This document shows, in pieces, positions 42,373 through 52,087 of a stretch of DNA of 64,000 bases. Position 1 is the stretch's first letter. Each line of letters begins with the position of its first letter. The notes beneath the pieces are model-generated. The model had not been told where the DNA came from. It saw nothing but the letters and a program-made list of their open reading frames with translations, and made no database searches. The stretch comes from Methanothrix sp. (GTDB lineage: Archaea > Halobacteriota > Methanosarcinia > Methanotrichales > Methanotrichaceae). The translations under genes were made by a program, and so were the position numbers. The stretch spans positions 256,001 through 320,000 of the forward strand of contig OY821645.1 in the NCBI GenBank assembly GCA_963682135.1, read 5' to 3'.

Positions 42373-43043
42373 TTTACGGTTATCTCATCCCCAATCTCGA
42401 TGAGCACTGCAAATCCCTGTCGCAACTCTCCCACATTGACGATCCTGGTGGTTCCGATGAAGCTCATTCCGCGCGCCTCGTGGATATGCCCGCAGAGCAA
42501 TAGAGCGGGCTGATACTCTTCCACGAAGCGGCGCAGGCTGACCGATCCCGAGCTTTCCCCATTGTAAAGAGTATCCTGTGCCCCCCGAGGCGGCTGATGG
42601 ACAACCACTATCTTGATTCTTGCATCAATTATATCCTGATAAGCCGTAGCTAGAGTTTCATACACCTCAATATCATGGTGATAGTAGCGAGCAGGGTCTA
42701 CCAGACGCCGGGGATCTTTCGCTATCATTCCGCCCATGCCCAGAAAGCCGATGTCTCCAAGGCAAAAGGAGGAGCGATGTATCATTTGCAGACCCGCTTC
42801 ATCCCATAGATCAGGCACTACATCTCTGTGGTCCATATTTCCGGGAACGATGAGCACCGACGGCCCCAGACCGGCCAGGGCAAGAGCCGCAGGACGGGCT
42901 TTCTCCCTGTTGCCCCCATTGTGCAGATCGCCGCAAAAGACAATGAGATTTGCATCAATACCCCTCAGTCGATCAAGCATATCGATGCGGTCATGCAGAT
43001 CTGCTAGCCCTAAAATCCTAAGAGTTTTCTTTGCTCCGGCCAT
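42363..43043 (-). CDS. Metallophosphoesterase
   Basis: DLH, GDL, GNMD, HQPP and GHIHE motifs; start placed at MAGAKK. Confidence 0.9.
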   Translation of the reverse strand: MAGAKKTLRILGLADLHDRIDMLDRLRGIDANLIVFCGDLHNGGNREKARPAALALAGLGPSVLIVPGNMDHRDVVPDLWDEAGLQMIHRSSFCLGDIGFLGMGGMIAKDPRRLVDPARYYHHDIEVYETLATAYQDIIDARIKIVVVHQPPRGAQDTLYNGESSGSVSLRRFVEEYQPALLLCGHIHEARGMSFIGTTRIVNVGELRQGFAVLIEIGDEITVNWI

Positions 43044-43101
43044 ATTCCATTCAGATATTTCCAAGCGCCAGGATGATATAAATAGAATACGAGGAGAAAA
43101 C

Positions 43102-43713
43102 ATGAAAGAATCAATATTATTTCTCATATGCATGGCATTTCTGGCTTGCATTGTAGGGCTGGCTTCTTTTGCATCCGCCGAATGTTCATCTTGCATGAAA
43201 GAAGGCGACTGGAGCCAGAGCGCCAACAACTTTATTGAAGGCAAACCCACAAGCGACGTGCCCGTCGATTTCGGTCCAAAAGTAGCAAGAAAGACCACGT
43301 CACAATTCGATAAAACAAATGCAGCTACCGATGCCGCGTCGCAGCCTCAAACTGCCGAATTAATTCTCAAAAGCATCAATGCTACTCCAGCTTTGGCATA
43401 CTCTTCAAGCACGGTAAAGATCACAGCCGCTTTTGCCCAAAACGGCTCTACAGAGGAGGAAAACCAGGCGGAAATACAGTTAACAGCAACAGCTTCCATC
43501 AAAGATGCGACCGGCAAAGAGGTGGAAAAGCTCAACCTGATTAAGACATCAGGAAATGAGTATTCCAAAGATTGGACGGTTAATGTCCCGGCCGGTGTCT
43601 ACAGTGTGGACATCGCTGCCTCATCTCTCGATGGAGCAGGAAATTTCGTCAATGCTCTGCAAATTGAGGTAGTCGACTCCGGAAATGCTACAGGGGCAGC
43701 TCCAGTAGCATAA
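43102..43713 (+). CDS. Secreted protein with an Ig-like C-terminal domain
   Basis: GAGGAG RBS before ATG 43102; signal peptide; CSSC; WTVNVPAGVYSVDI. Confidence 0.7.
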   Translation: MKESILFLICMAFLACIVGLASFASAECSSCMKEGDWSQSANNFIEGKPTSDVPVDFGPKVARKTTSQFDKTNAATDAASQPQTAELILKSINATPALAYSSSTVKITAAFAQNGSTEEENQAEIQLTATASIKDATGKEVEKLNLIKTSGNEYSKDWTVNVPAGVYSVDIAASSLDGAGNFVNALQIEVVDSGNATGAAPVA

Positions 43714-43727
43714 GGCAATTGAAAGGC

Positions 43728-43764
43728 AAAGCTGGCGAAAAAGCCGGCTTTCCATTTTTTTTTT
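43728..43764 (+). terminator. Hairpin plus oligo-T terminator
   Basis: aaagctggc-gaaaaa-gccggcttt followed by a T10 run just after the stop codon. Confidence 0.6.
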
Positions 43765-43808
43765 AATCGTTAAATAATAATATCTTAAAAATTTTTAAAA
43801 TATTGCTA

Positions 43809-43880
43809 TGGACTTGACGGGATTCGAACCCGTGGCCTCCGCCTTGCGAAGGCGGCGATCTACCACTGATCTACAAGCCC
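43809..43880 (-). tRNA. tRNA-Ala(CGC)
   Basis: Reverse complement GGGCTTGTAGATCAGTGGTAGATCGCCGCCTTCGCAAGGCGGAGGCCACGGGTTCGAATCCCGTCAAGTCCA folds as a cloverleaf; anticodon CGC; G3:U70 pair. Confidence 0.97.
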
Positions 43881-43898
43881 AACAATAAAGAGAGTGGT

Positions 43899-44168
43899 TT
43901 AGAGGAGTCCGACCTCTTCCACCTCTGCCGATTCTACGCCGGGTAAATTGCGGACTGCTTCTTCAATCTCATCCGGGCTTCTGCCTCCCTTATCGTCCAT
44001 TATTGTTACGACGATCAAGGCCTTCAAACCAAAGGCTATGGGCACTTCCTGAATGGCATGCAGCCTGGCAAAGGATGGCACTACCTTCTTGATCTCCTCG
44101 GCGAGCTTTTTCAGATCTACATCCATGCTCTCCGGCATAACCTTCATTCTTACTGCTGCGTCTCCCAT
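43899..44168 (-). CDS. ef1b: Translation elongation factor 1-beta
   Basis: KVMPESMDVDL, PIAFGLKAL, VESAEV. Confidence 0.95.
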   Translation of the reverse strand: MGDAAVRMKVMPESMDVDLKKLAEEIKKVVPSFARLHAIQEVPIAFGLKALIVVTIMDDKGGRSPDEIEEAVRNLPGVESAEVEEVGLL

Positions 44169-44178
44169 CGATTACACC

Positions 44179-44349
44179 TCACGGTCCTGAGAAGCCACAG
44201 ACTTTGCAGGAATAAACGTTGCTCTGCTTTTTACATTTGTTGCATCTGGCAATTACGGTTCCGCAGCTGGGGCAGGGAAACTTCGTCCCACCCACGCCGG
44301 TCAGCGCAACGCCACATGATATGCATTTCTCTGGTATTTCTTCCTTCAT
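44179..44349 (-). CDS. Small Zn-ribbon protein (DUF1610/HVO_2753-like)
   Basis: CISCG...FPCPSCG..I.RC.KC.K.SN.Y.C..CGF.GP; usual position upstream of EF-1beta. Confidence 0.9.
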   Translation of the reverse strand: MKEEIPEKCISCGVALTGVGGTKFPCPSCGTVIARCNKCKKQSNVYSCKVCGFSGP

Positions 44350-45071
44350 GTTATCTCCTCCCAAGTTGATGTATTTCTCTGTATAAACCTTCCCATAGAT
44401 AGACCGAAATCAGGATGATTTTTGCCGCAATTGCTCTCTTGCCAGGCCTTGATAATTGTACCGCCCTCGTTGCTCTTAAGGGCTCTGATGAATTGCTGCG
44501 CATCGGTGCCGTTGAGCACCCAGATGCTGTTTCCTCTAAGAGGACCACAGAGAAGCTTAATTGTGCCCTGATCTACGCAGCTTTTGCGTCCCAGCATGCA
44601 GTTTGCCGGCACCTCTGAAACTACTTTTCCGTCAAGCATCACTCCATCCACATCAGTAGCCTTAATGAGTGGGGCAGATAGCTGTGCGGCGACAAGAGCC
44701 GCCACTGCGTCCGAGGTATAGTCCCAGTTATGCAGAAGACCGCGATCATTCTTAAGGAGGACCTGGTAGGGCAAGAGAACTTGCACGCCGCAATCCTTTT
44801 TCGGGCGGCAAATTTCCCTGGTGAGAACATCCCCATTTCCGTCCGCCAGAAAATAGGCATATTGCTCCATGGCTAAGATAGCCATCCAGTGCGCGGCCTC
44901 CTGGCTGAGATCGCCACGAGAGTAGATATCTCGCACCAGATCGGCCATGGGACCGCCGCCCGGTACCACCAGGAAGCTGTAGCCTTCCTCCGCGAGGGCC
45001 AGGAGGGCGCGCATGAGTGGCCGGGCGCAGGCCATGAGGCTACCTCCCATCTTGAGAACATAAAATGGCAT
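44346..45071 (-). CDS. Amino-acid-kinase family protein (MfnE-like)
   Basis: VLKMGGSL, VVPGGGPMAD, AHWMAILAM, HNWDYTSD, KATDVDG. Confidence 0.8.
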   Translation of the reverse strand: MPFYVLKMGGSLMACARPLMRALLALAEEGYSFLVVPGGGPMADLVRDIYSRGDLSQEAAHWMAILAMEQYAYFLADGNGDVLTREICRPKKDCGVQVLLPYQVLLKNDRGLLHNWDYTSDAVAALVAAQLSAPLIKATDVDGVMLDGKVVSEVPANCMLGRKSCVDQGTIKLLCGPLRGNSIWVLNGTDAQQFIRALKSNEGGTIIKAWQESNCGKNHPDFGLSMGRFIQRNTSTWEEIT

Positions 45072-45251
45072 GAATCGAGAAATTGCCCTAACCAGTATTC
45101 ATAGTATCTTACTATCTTGTTGAAAAATTAGCCAAAGGCCGATTGGATGTAGGGTAGGGAAGGATTTTGCATTTCATCGACCTTTGCCGTACAGACATCC
45201 GACTTGAGCCGTAGATAAGCCTTTTGGTTGCAGCAACGTAAATCCAGCACA

Positions 45252-45677
45252 ATGAACGAAACGAAAAGGATTGTGACTCCCCTTCTGGCGGTGGATGCCG
45301 TCATATTTTTTGCGGGGGGAATTGTGCTCATCAAAAGAGATAACCCACCCTTTGCTGGCTGCTATGCCCTGCCTGGAGGATTTGTAGAGATGGGCGAGAC
45401 GGTTGAGGCGGCGGCAGCCAGGGAAGCCCGCGAGGAGACGGGCCTGGTCATTGAACTGCTGGGACTGGTGGGCATCTACTCGAACCCCGCCCGCGATCCC
45501 CGTGGCCATGTGGTCTCCGCTGCTTTTCTCGCCCGGGGCAGGGGCGAGCTGCAAGCCGGATCGGATGCCAGAACGGCTCAGGTCTTTTCCCTGAAAAGCC
45601 TGCCGCCTCTTGCGTTTGATCACGATAAAATCATAAGCGATGCGCTTTCTATGAACAATCAAATTAAAGTAGAGTGA
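45252..45677 (+). CDS. NUDIX hydrolase (ADP-ribose pyrophosphatase-like)
   Basis: PGGFVEMGETVEAAAAREAREETG Nudix box; RDPRGH; LAFDH. Confidence 0.92.
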   Translation: MNETKRIVTPLLAVDAVIFFAGGIVLIKRDNPPFAGCYALPGGFVEMGETVEAAAAREAREETGLVIELLGLVGIYSNPARDPRGHVVSAAFLARGRGELQAGSDARTAQVFSLKSLPPLAFDHDKIISDALSMNNQIKVE

Positions 45678-45760
45678 TCGAGATTGGCTCAATCACCTTG
45701 AAGGGAAGAAGAGAGGGCATCAATTTCCCCTCGATCTTCCGGGCCTTTGGGAGATGTTTC

Positions 45761-47440
45761 ATGGAAGAGATCAGAGAGCTCGTAGAAAAGTATGCGCTGC
45801 AAAATGCCGTGAAGTACAAAGCCGCACCCAATGCCGGGGCGGTCATGGGCAAGCTCCTGGGCGAGCACGCGGACCTTCGCGCCCGGGCCAAAGAACTGTC
45901 GCCTCTGGTAAAAGAGGTACTGGAGGGCGTGGAGAAGACCAGCTTGAAAGAGTGGCAAGAGAGGCTGCAGGCCATCGCCCCGGAACTGCTGGCTGAGCTC
46001 TCTGAAAGGAAGGAGCCTGACAAGGGCCTGCCCGCTTTGCAGGGGGCAGAAAAAGGCGTGGTCATGCGCTTTGCTCCCAACCCCAATGGACCGCCGACGC
46101 TGGGCAGTGCGCGCGGCATCATCGTCAACTCAGAGTATGTGAAAAAGTACGGCGGCAAGTTCATCATTCGCTTTGATGACACCGATCCGGTAAAGAAGCG
46201 GCCCATGCCCGAGGCCTACGGTTGGTATCTAGAGGACTGCAAGTGGCTGGGCGCCTTGCCGGATCTGGTGATAACGGCCAGCGAGCGGGTTGACCAGTAC
46301 TACCCCATTGCCGAAGAGCTGATTTCTCGGGGCGGAGCCTATGTTTGCAGCTGTGCGCAGGCCGTCTTCAAAGAGCACAAGGATAAAGGAATAGAATGCG
46401 AGCATCGCAGTCAGAGCATCGAGCAGAATCTGGATCTGTGGCAGCAGATGCTCGACGGCCGCATGCCGGAAGGCGGTGCTGTCCTGCGGGTTAAGACAGA
46501 CATGCACCACAAGGATCCGGCCATACGCGACTGGCCTGCTTTTCGCATCGTCACCGCCTCTCATCCTCTGGTAGGAACAAAGTATCGCGTCTGGCCGCTG
46601 CTCGATTTTGAGTCGGCAGTGGAAGACCACCTGCTGGGGACCACGCATATCATTCGGGGCAAGGATCTGGCAGACAGCGGAAGCCGGCAGAGGTATCTTT
46701 ACGAATACTTGGGCTGGCAATACCCCCAGGTGATTCACTGGGGCAGGATCAAGATTCATCAGTTCGGCTCCTTCAGCACCAGCAAGCTTCGCAAAGCCAT
46801 CGAGGCCGGCGAGTATTCGGGCTGGGACGACCCGCGCGTCCCAACCGTGCGGGCCATGCGCTGCCGGGGCATCCGGCCTGAAGCGCTGCGCAAGTTCATG
46901 ATCGACCTGGGCGTGGGCGAGACGGACATCTCGATTAGCATGGACTCTATCTATGCCGAGAACCGCAAGATCATCGACCCCGAGGCCAACCGCCGCTTCT
47001 TCGTCTGGGATTCGGTAAAGCTGGAGATCGAGGGTGATGTGCCCGCATTAGCGCATGCGCCACTGCATCCCACGATAGATCGGGGCTTTAGGGAGATTCC
47101 TGCCGGAAACCGGATCTTCATCTGCAAGAGCGACCTCGCCGGCATGCAGGTGGGAGACAATATCCGCCTCAAGGATCTGTGTAACGTGGAAATCACAGGC
47201 CTGGAGCCGGCCAGGGCGCGCTTCCTGGGCAAGGATATGGGCAAGAGGACCAAGATCATTCAGTGGGCGCCCCTAGACGGACCGAAGGTGCGGGTGCTGA
47301 AGCCCGATGGAATGGACGAGGGCGTGGGCGAAGCGGGCATTGCCGAGGAGCTGGGTAAAGTGGTGCAGTTCGAGCGCTACGGATTTGTGCAGGTCAACTC
47401 AGTGGGTGAGATGATAGTGGCGAACTTTGCGCATCGATAA
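45761..47440 (+). CDS. gltX: Glutamate-tRNA ligase
   Basis: RFAPNPNGP, RFDDTDP, THIIRGKD, WDDPR, QFERYGF; start placed at MEEIRE. Confidence 0.95.
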   Translation: MEEIRELVEKYALQNAVKYKAAPNAGAVMGKLLGEHADLRARAKELSPLVKEVLEGVEKTSLKEWQERLQAIAPELLAELSERKEPDKGLPALQGAEKGVVMRFAPNPNGPPTLGSARGIIVNSEYVKKYGGKFIIRFDDTDPVKKRPMPEAYGWYLEDCKWLGALPDLVITASERVDQYYPIAEELISRGGAYVCSCAQAVFKEHKDKGIECEHRSQSIEQNLDLWQQMLDGRMPEGGAVLRVKTDMHHKDPAIRDWPAFRIVTASHPLVGTKYRVWPLLDFESAVEDHLLGTTHIIRGKDLADSGSRQRYLYEYLGWQYPQVIHWGRIKIHQFGSFSTSKLRKAIEAGEYSGWDDPRVPTVRAMRCRGIRPEALRKFMIDLGVGETDISISMDSIYAENRKIIDPEANRRFFVWDSVKLEIEGDVPALAHAPLHPTIDRGFREIPAGNRIFICKSDLAGMQVGDNIRLKDLCNVEITGLEPARARFLGKDMGKRTKIIQWAPLDGPKVRVLKPDGMDEGVGEAGIAEELGKVVQFERYGFVQVNSVGEMIVANFAHR

Positions 47441-47591
47441 ATTGAGTAATTTTTTATTTATTTTACTTAATAGCCTATGACCACATATACAATTCATTTG
47501 GGATAACTCTATTAAGGAACGCCACCGAATTGATAGCATATCGTCCTTCTGGAATCATATGAGATATTGATATATTAATTGGAGCGGAATA

Positions 47592-48797
47592 ATGACCCGA
47601 AAAGAAGAAAGAATGCCGATGATTGTCGAAATTAAACTTAGCAATCTGCTGTCTTTCGGACCCGATACGGAGCCATTAGCTCTAAAGAATCTCAATATGC
47701 TAATAGGCACTAATGGCTCGGGAAAGTCCAACTTCATTGAGGCAATATCCCTCCTGCGCTCCGCTCCGAGCGACATACGCGCGGTCATTCGTCGCGGGGG
47801 AGGCGTTAGTGACTGGATATGGAAAGGGGATTCAGAAGGTGTTGCCTCTATCGATGTCGTAATCGGAAATCCTCAAGGAAGCATGCCGCTACGCCATGTC
47901 CTAGCCTTTCGAAAAGTGAATCATGCATTCAGCATGGTGGAAGAACGAATCGAGAACGAGAAATCCTATCCAGATTATAATGCGCCCTATTTCTACTATA
48001 ACTATAAGGATGGAAATCCGGTTGTCAACATCAGGAACAAAGGCGAAGATGACAAAACAGAACAACGCAAACTAAAACCTGAGACAATCGATTCGGATCA
48101 ATCCATACTAGCCCAGCGACGAGATCCTGAGACATATCCAGAAATCTCATATCTGGCAAACGCTTATGATAAGATTAAGATATACCGGGAGTGGTACTTT
48201 GGACGTAACGCAGTCTTCCGCGAGCCGCAGAAGGCCGACATGCGTAATGATCGACTGGAGGAAGACTTCTCGAACTTGGGCCTGTTCCTGAACCGTCTGC
48301 GTAGAGTGCCGAAGGCGAAGAATATGATTCTCGAAGCACTTGGTGACCTCTACGAAGGCTTCGATGACTTCGATGTGAGCATCGAAGGCGGCGCGGTCCA
48401 GGTATTTTTCACCGAAGGAGATTTTACAATCCCAGCAACCAGGCTATCGGACGGGACTCTGCGATATCTCTGTTTGTTGGCGATTCTGTGCGATCCATCA
48501 CCGCCACCGCTCATCTGTATCGAGGAGCCAGAACTCGGTCTTCATCCAGACATCCTTCCTAAAGTAGCCGACCTGCTCTATGCCGCCTCAGAGCGCACTC
48601 AGTTAATCGTAACCACACACTCGGACATACTCGTCGATGCGATGACTGAGCAACCAGATGCTGTCCTCGTCTGTGAGAAGCATGATGGCCGGACAAAAAT
48701 CAGAAGACTCGAAAGCGAGAAGCTTGAAAAATGGCTGATGGACTATCGTCTGGGCGAACTCTGGACCCGTGGTGCGCTCGGGGGTACGAGATGGTGA
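47592..48797 (+). CDS. AAA_21/ABC-type ATPase
   Basis: GTNGSGKSN Walker A, LSDGTLR, IEEPELGLHP, TTHS. Confidence 0.88.
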   Translation: MTRKEERMPMIVEIKLSNLLSFGPDTEPLALKNLNMLIGTNGSGKSNFIEAISLLRSAPSDIRAVIRRGGGVSDWIWKGDSEGVASIDVVIGNPQGSMPLRHVLAFRKVNHAFSMVEERIENEKSYPDYNAPYFYYNYKDGNPVVNIRNKGEDDKTEQRKLKPETIDSDQSILAQRRDPETYPEISYLANAYDKIKIYREWYFGRNAVFREPQKADMRNDRLEEDFSNLGLFLNRLRRVPKAKNMILEALGDLYEGFDDFDVSIEGGAVQVFFTEGDFTIPATRLSDGTLRYLCLLAILCDPSPPPLICIEEPELGLHPDILPKVADLLYAASERTQLIVTTHSDILVDAMTEQPDAVLVCEKHDGRTKIRRLESEKLEKWLMDYRLGELWTRGALGGTRW

Positions 48798-49393
48798 GCG
48801 TAACGATATTTGTCGAAGGAGGCGGTGAGAGCAAAGAACTCAAATCGCGATGCCGTGAAGGTTTCAGCAAGCTCATTAAGAAAATGGGCTTTGTCGGACA
48901 TATGCCGAAAATCGTTGCTTGCGGAGGACGCAAAAATGCCTATGACATGTTCAATATAGCTATGACATCAGCTGGATATGATGAATATCCGATACTTTTG
49001 GTCGATAGCGAAGATCCGATTTCCTCGGACCGTCCTTGGGATCATCTTCATGTCCGCGACAGATGGGACCGTCCAGTTGGTGCAAACGATGATCAAGCTC
49101 AGATGATGGCGACTTGCATGGAGACGTGGATAATGGCGGATCATGAGGCCCTGCAAAAAGTATTCGGTTACTGCCTCCGGAGAGGATCTCTCATCCCGGC
49201 AAACAATTTAGAGGAAAGATCAAGGCAAGAACTGCTGGAGGCGCTCAAATCTGCTACGGATAATTGTGGAAGAAACAAAGGATACGATAAAGGAAAACGT
49301 TCATTCCAGATTTTGGCTGAACTGAATACCAGATCGCTTGAGAACTTGAGCTATTTCTGCCGGTTCAAAGAAGCACTTAGCAGGCATCTATAA
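48791..49393 (+). CDS. DUF4276-like (TOPRIM-like) protein
   Basis: IFVEGGG, IVACGGR, LLVDSE, CMETWIMAD; start overlaps the ATPase stop. Confidence 0.75.
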   Translation: MVSVTIFVEGGGESKELKSRCREGFSKLIKKMGFVGHMPKIVACGGRKNAYDMFNIAMTSAGYDEYPILLVDSEDPISSDRPWDHLHVRDRWDRPVGANDDQAQMMATCMETWIMADHEALQKVFGYCLRRGSLIPANNLEERSRQELLEALKSATDNCGRNKGYDKGKRSFQILAELNTRSLENLSYFCRFKEALSRHL

Positions 49394-49415
49394 TCGCCAT
49401 GCTTGTTCGGACTAC

Positions 49416-50243
49416 TTAAATTGGGTGCAGATTCAACGGCAGCAATGCCGCCGCGAGAAAAGCCGCCAGCGCCACAGCCATTCCCTTTTTCAGCGCCTTT
49501 TGACAGCCTGTCGCATCCCCGCGGGCGATCTTCTGCACGGAAAGCAGGAAGAAGAGATCCGCCACTACTACTATCGCTAAATACACTTTGCCGAAAGGAG
49601 CAAAGAATCCTAAGCCTACCGCCGCCAGAGCGAAGGCCGCGGCCAGCGCCGCGCTGGCGCGCTCGCCTGCCAGTATGGGCAATGTGCGCGCCCCGCCTTG
49701 CCGGTCGCCTGCCATATCCTCGATGTCTTTGGCGATCTCCCGGCTCATGCTGACCAGAAAGGAGAGGAAAAATGGAACCTTGTTGGCCAGCAGGCCCGCT
49801 GCGCCTGCTGCTGCGCCTCCGAAGAGAAAGGTGGAGCCGGTGAGAAAGGCAACTGTGATGTTCCCGGCCAGCGGCATGGCCTTGAGGCTTCTGGCATAAA
49901 GAAAGAGGAGAATCGAGTTAAAGGCAGCAACAGTCAGACATATCTGGTTCACCAAACCCGCGAAAAGGCATCCTGCCGCAAAGAGGGCCAGAGAATAATA
50001 AAAAGCCGCTTGCGCACTCATGCGCCCGCTGGGAATGGGCCGCCCCGGCCTATTTATGGCATCAATTTCTCGATCGTAGTAATCGTTAATGGCGTTTCCC
50101 GCGCCCGTAATCAGGAAGACTGTGAGGAAGATGAGTGCTGCTGCTTCTGCATGCAGACCTCGGGCGATGGCAAGACCAATGATAGCCGCAGCTGCCGCCA
50201 TCATGCAGTTGAATGGACGCAATATCTCCCAGTATGCTCTCAA
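49416..50243 (-). CDS. Digeranylgeranylglyceryl phosphate synthase (UbiA family)
   Basis: RPFNC, NAINDYYDREIDAINRPGRPIPSG, REIAKDIEDMAGD. Confidence 0.92.
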   Translation of the reverse strand: MRAYWEILRPFNCMMAAAAAIIGLAIARGLHAEAAALIFLTVFLITGAGNAINDYYDREIDAINRPGRPIPSGRMSAQAAFYYSLALFAAGCLFAGLVNQICLTVAAFNSILLFLYARSLKAMPLAGNITVAFLTGSTFLFGGAAAGAAGLLANKVPFFLSFLVSMSREIAKDIEDMAGDRQGGARTLPILAGERASAALAAAFALAAVGLGFFAPFGKVYLAIVVVADLFFLLSVQKIARGDATGCQKALKKGMAVALAAFLAAALLPLNLHPI

Positions 50244-50267
50244 TGTAAGCCAAGCCCCTGGCGGCCT

Positions 50268-50609
50268 CTAGCCTGAGATGCCGCGCACCAAGTAGAGCAG
50301 ATAGAACTCAGTTAAGTAGCTATCGATGTTGCGCCGGGCTGGTTTGTCGAAGGCTATCTCCTGGACGGGCCGGGTGAGCTTTAAAAGATAGGTGCTGCTG
50401 GCGGGAACTTTCTCGCGATAAATGAGACCGCAGCTTTGCATCTTGCATACTATCTTTGAGCACTTGCTGCTGTCGATGGACATGAGACGGCGCAGCTCCG
50501 ACTGATAAAGGCCGTCTCCTTGCGAGCCGATAAGATCAAGTGCTTTCTCCTGCAGAGCAGAGACGCTGTTGGAGGGATCGTTTATCGAATTTTTTGACAT
50601 TTCTACCAC
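50268..50609 (-). CDS. Small winged-helix protein
   Basis: GLYQSELRRLMSIDSSKCSKIV..M...GLI.R pattern. Confidence 0.7.
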   Translation of the reverse strand: MVEMSKNSINDPSNSVSALQEKALDLIGSQGDGLYQSELRRLMSIDSSKCSKIVCKMQSCGLIYREKVPASSTYLLKLTRPVQEIAFDKPARRNIDSYLTEFYLLYLVRGISG

Positions 50610-50935
50610 AGAGCCAATCTTAGACTTAATTTAATTTGATATACTGTCATGAGGTACTTTTAGTATAAAATCTTTTTGTAATTGTGTCATATTTGGCTCA
50701 AATATTGGGAGAAATCCTAATAGCAGTAAGATAAATTCATGATTGATTTTTATTAATGTATTCTAAATAAAATATACGATTTTATAGTAATTCTTTTCAA
50801 GAAGTACGTCTTTCGCCTAATTGGATATTCATCTCATTACGATCCGATTGATGCTGAAATACCTCTGGCTCATGCTTTCCTTCTCAAAGAGATCATTGGA
50901 AATATTTATTAGCCATCCGAACAAAACCACGTTTT

Positions 50936-51466
50936 ATGTCAGATCCATTTATTGGCGAAATCAGATTGTTTGCAGGCAATTTTGCGCCACTTGACTGGGC
51001 ATTTTGCGACGGCCAGATTATGCAAATAGCTCAAAACACGGCTCTATACTCCATCCTGGGCACAACGTACGGAGGAGATGGAAAGACAACATTTGCTCTG
51101 CCCAATCTCATGGGAAGGATTCCCCTTAGTTTTGGGCAGGGGCCCGGACTCACTAAACATGAACTGGGCGAGACATTTGGAAGCGAGACCATCACACTGA
51201 GCGCAAATCAGATGTCAGCGCACAGTCATTCCGCCACCGTCAAAGCTGCAAACGCTGGCACCACCAATCAGCCGCAAAATAACCTCTTTGGCAAGATCGC
51301 CAGATCTAATATTTATAATACGCCTGATGCAGCTCTAGCAAACATGGCCGAAGGATCTCTTTCCCTGTCTAATTCCGGTGGATCTCAGCCTCATTCCAAT
51401 ATGCAGCCATACTTGACTTTAAGCTTCATCATCTGCGTTTATGGACTCTATCCTGTAAGGGATTAG
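50936..51466 (+). CDS. Phage tail-collar domain protein (microcystin-dependent-protein-like) 1
   Basis: FIGEIRLFAGNFAP..WAFCDGQ...ALYSILGTTYGGDG.TTFALP.L.GR; HSH; PH.NMQPY...FII...G.YP.R. Confidence 0.92.
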   Translation: MSDPFIGEIRLFAGNFAPLDWAFCDGQIMQIAQNTALYSILGTTYGGDGKTTFALPNLMGRIPLSFGQGPGLTKHELGETFGSETITLSANQMSAHSHSATVKAANAGTTNQPQNNLFGKIARSNIYNTPDAALANMAEGSLSLSNSGGSQPHSNMQPYLTLSFIICVYGLYPVRD

Positions 51467-51541
51467 AATTAAGGTAAAGATGCAAAGGCAGATAAAAAAT
51501 TACAAGAAATATTTAATAGCTTAAATATCGATGGAGAAACT

Positions 51542-52072
51542 ATGTCAGAAGGATTTATTGGTGAGATAAGAATGTTTGCAGGCGGTTTTGCTCCACAAGG
51601 TTGGATGGAGTGCAACGGACAGGTCCTGACCATATCTCAATATAATGCGCTCTACAGTATTCTGGGTATAGCATATGGCGGCAATGGAACGACGACCTTT
51701 GCTCTTCCCAATCTCAATGGGCGGGTGCCGATGCATTTCGGCCAGGGACAGGGACAAAACCACATCATTGGCGAGTCGGCAGGATCGAGCAGTGTGGCAT
51801 TTTCAGTTGATCAAATGCCTACCCATTCGCATAACGCCAGACTGAAGGGAGCGAGCCAGGGCAACAGGGATTCGCCCGCTGGAAATGTACCAGGCGCTAC
51901 TGCAGGCATCAAGGCATACAGTCAGTCCTCCGGAGGCACTCTGGCCAATATGGATGGGCAGTCTGTGGTCATCGGCAATGCCGGTGCATCTGCGCCACAC
52001 GAGAATATGCAGCCATATATCGTTACGAATTTCATAATCTGCGTGTCAGGAATCTATCCGTCGCGATCATAA
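51542..52072 (+). CDS. Phage tail-collar domain protein 2
   Basis: Same motifs as paralog 1; GGAG RBS; HSH. Confidence 0.92.
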   Translation: MSEGFIGEIRMFAGGFAPQGWMECNGQVLTISQYNALYSILGIAYGGNGTTTFALPNLNGRVPMHFGQGQGQNHIIGESAGSSSVAFSVDQMPTHSHNARLKGASQGNRDSPAGNVPGATAGIKAYSQSSGGTLANMDGQSVVIGNAGASAPHENMQPYIVTNFIICVSGIYPSRS

Positions 52073-52087
52073 ATTGGAGGAAATTAC

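Noticed and set aside
42736-43298. Long apparent overlap between the metallophosphoesterase and the secreted protein
   Set aside because: Artefact of over-extended starts; better starts are 43043 (-) and 43102 (+).
43809-43880. tRNA-Ala as an integration site
   Set aside because: No duplicated tRNA 3' end or integrase noticed in the window.
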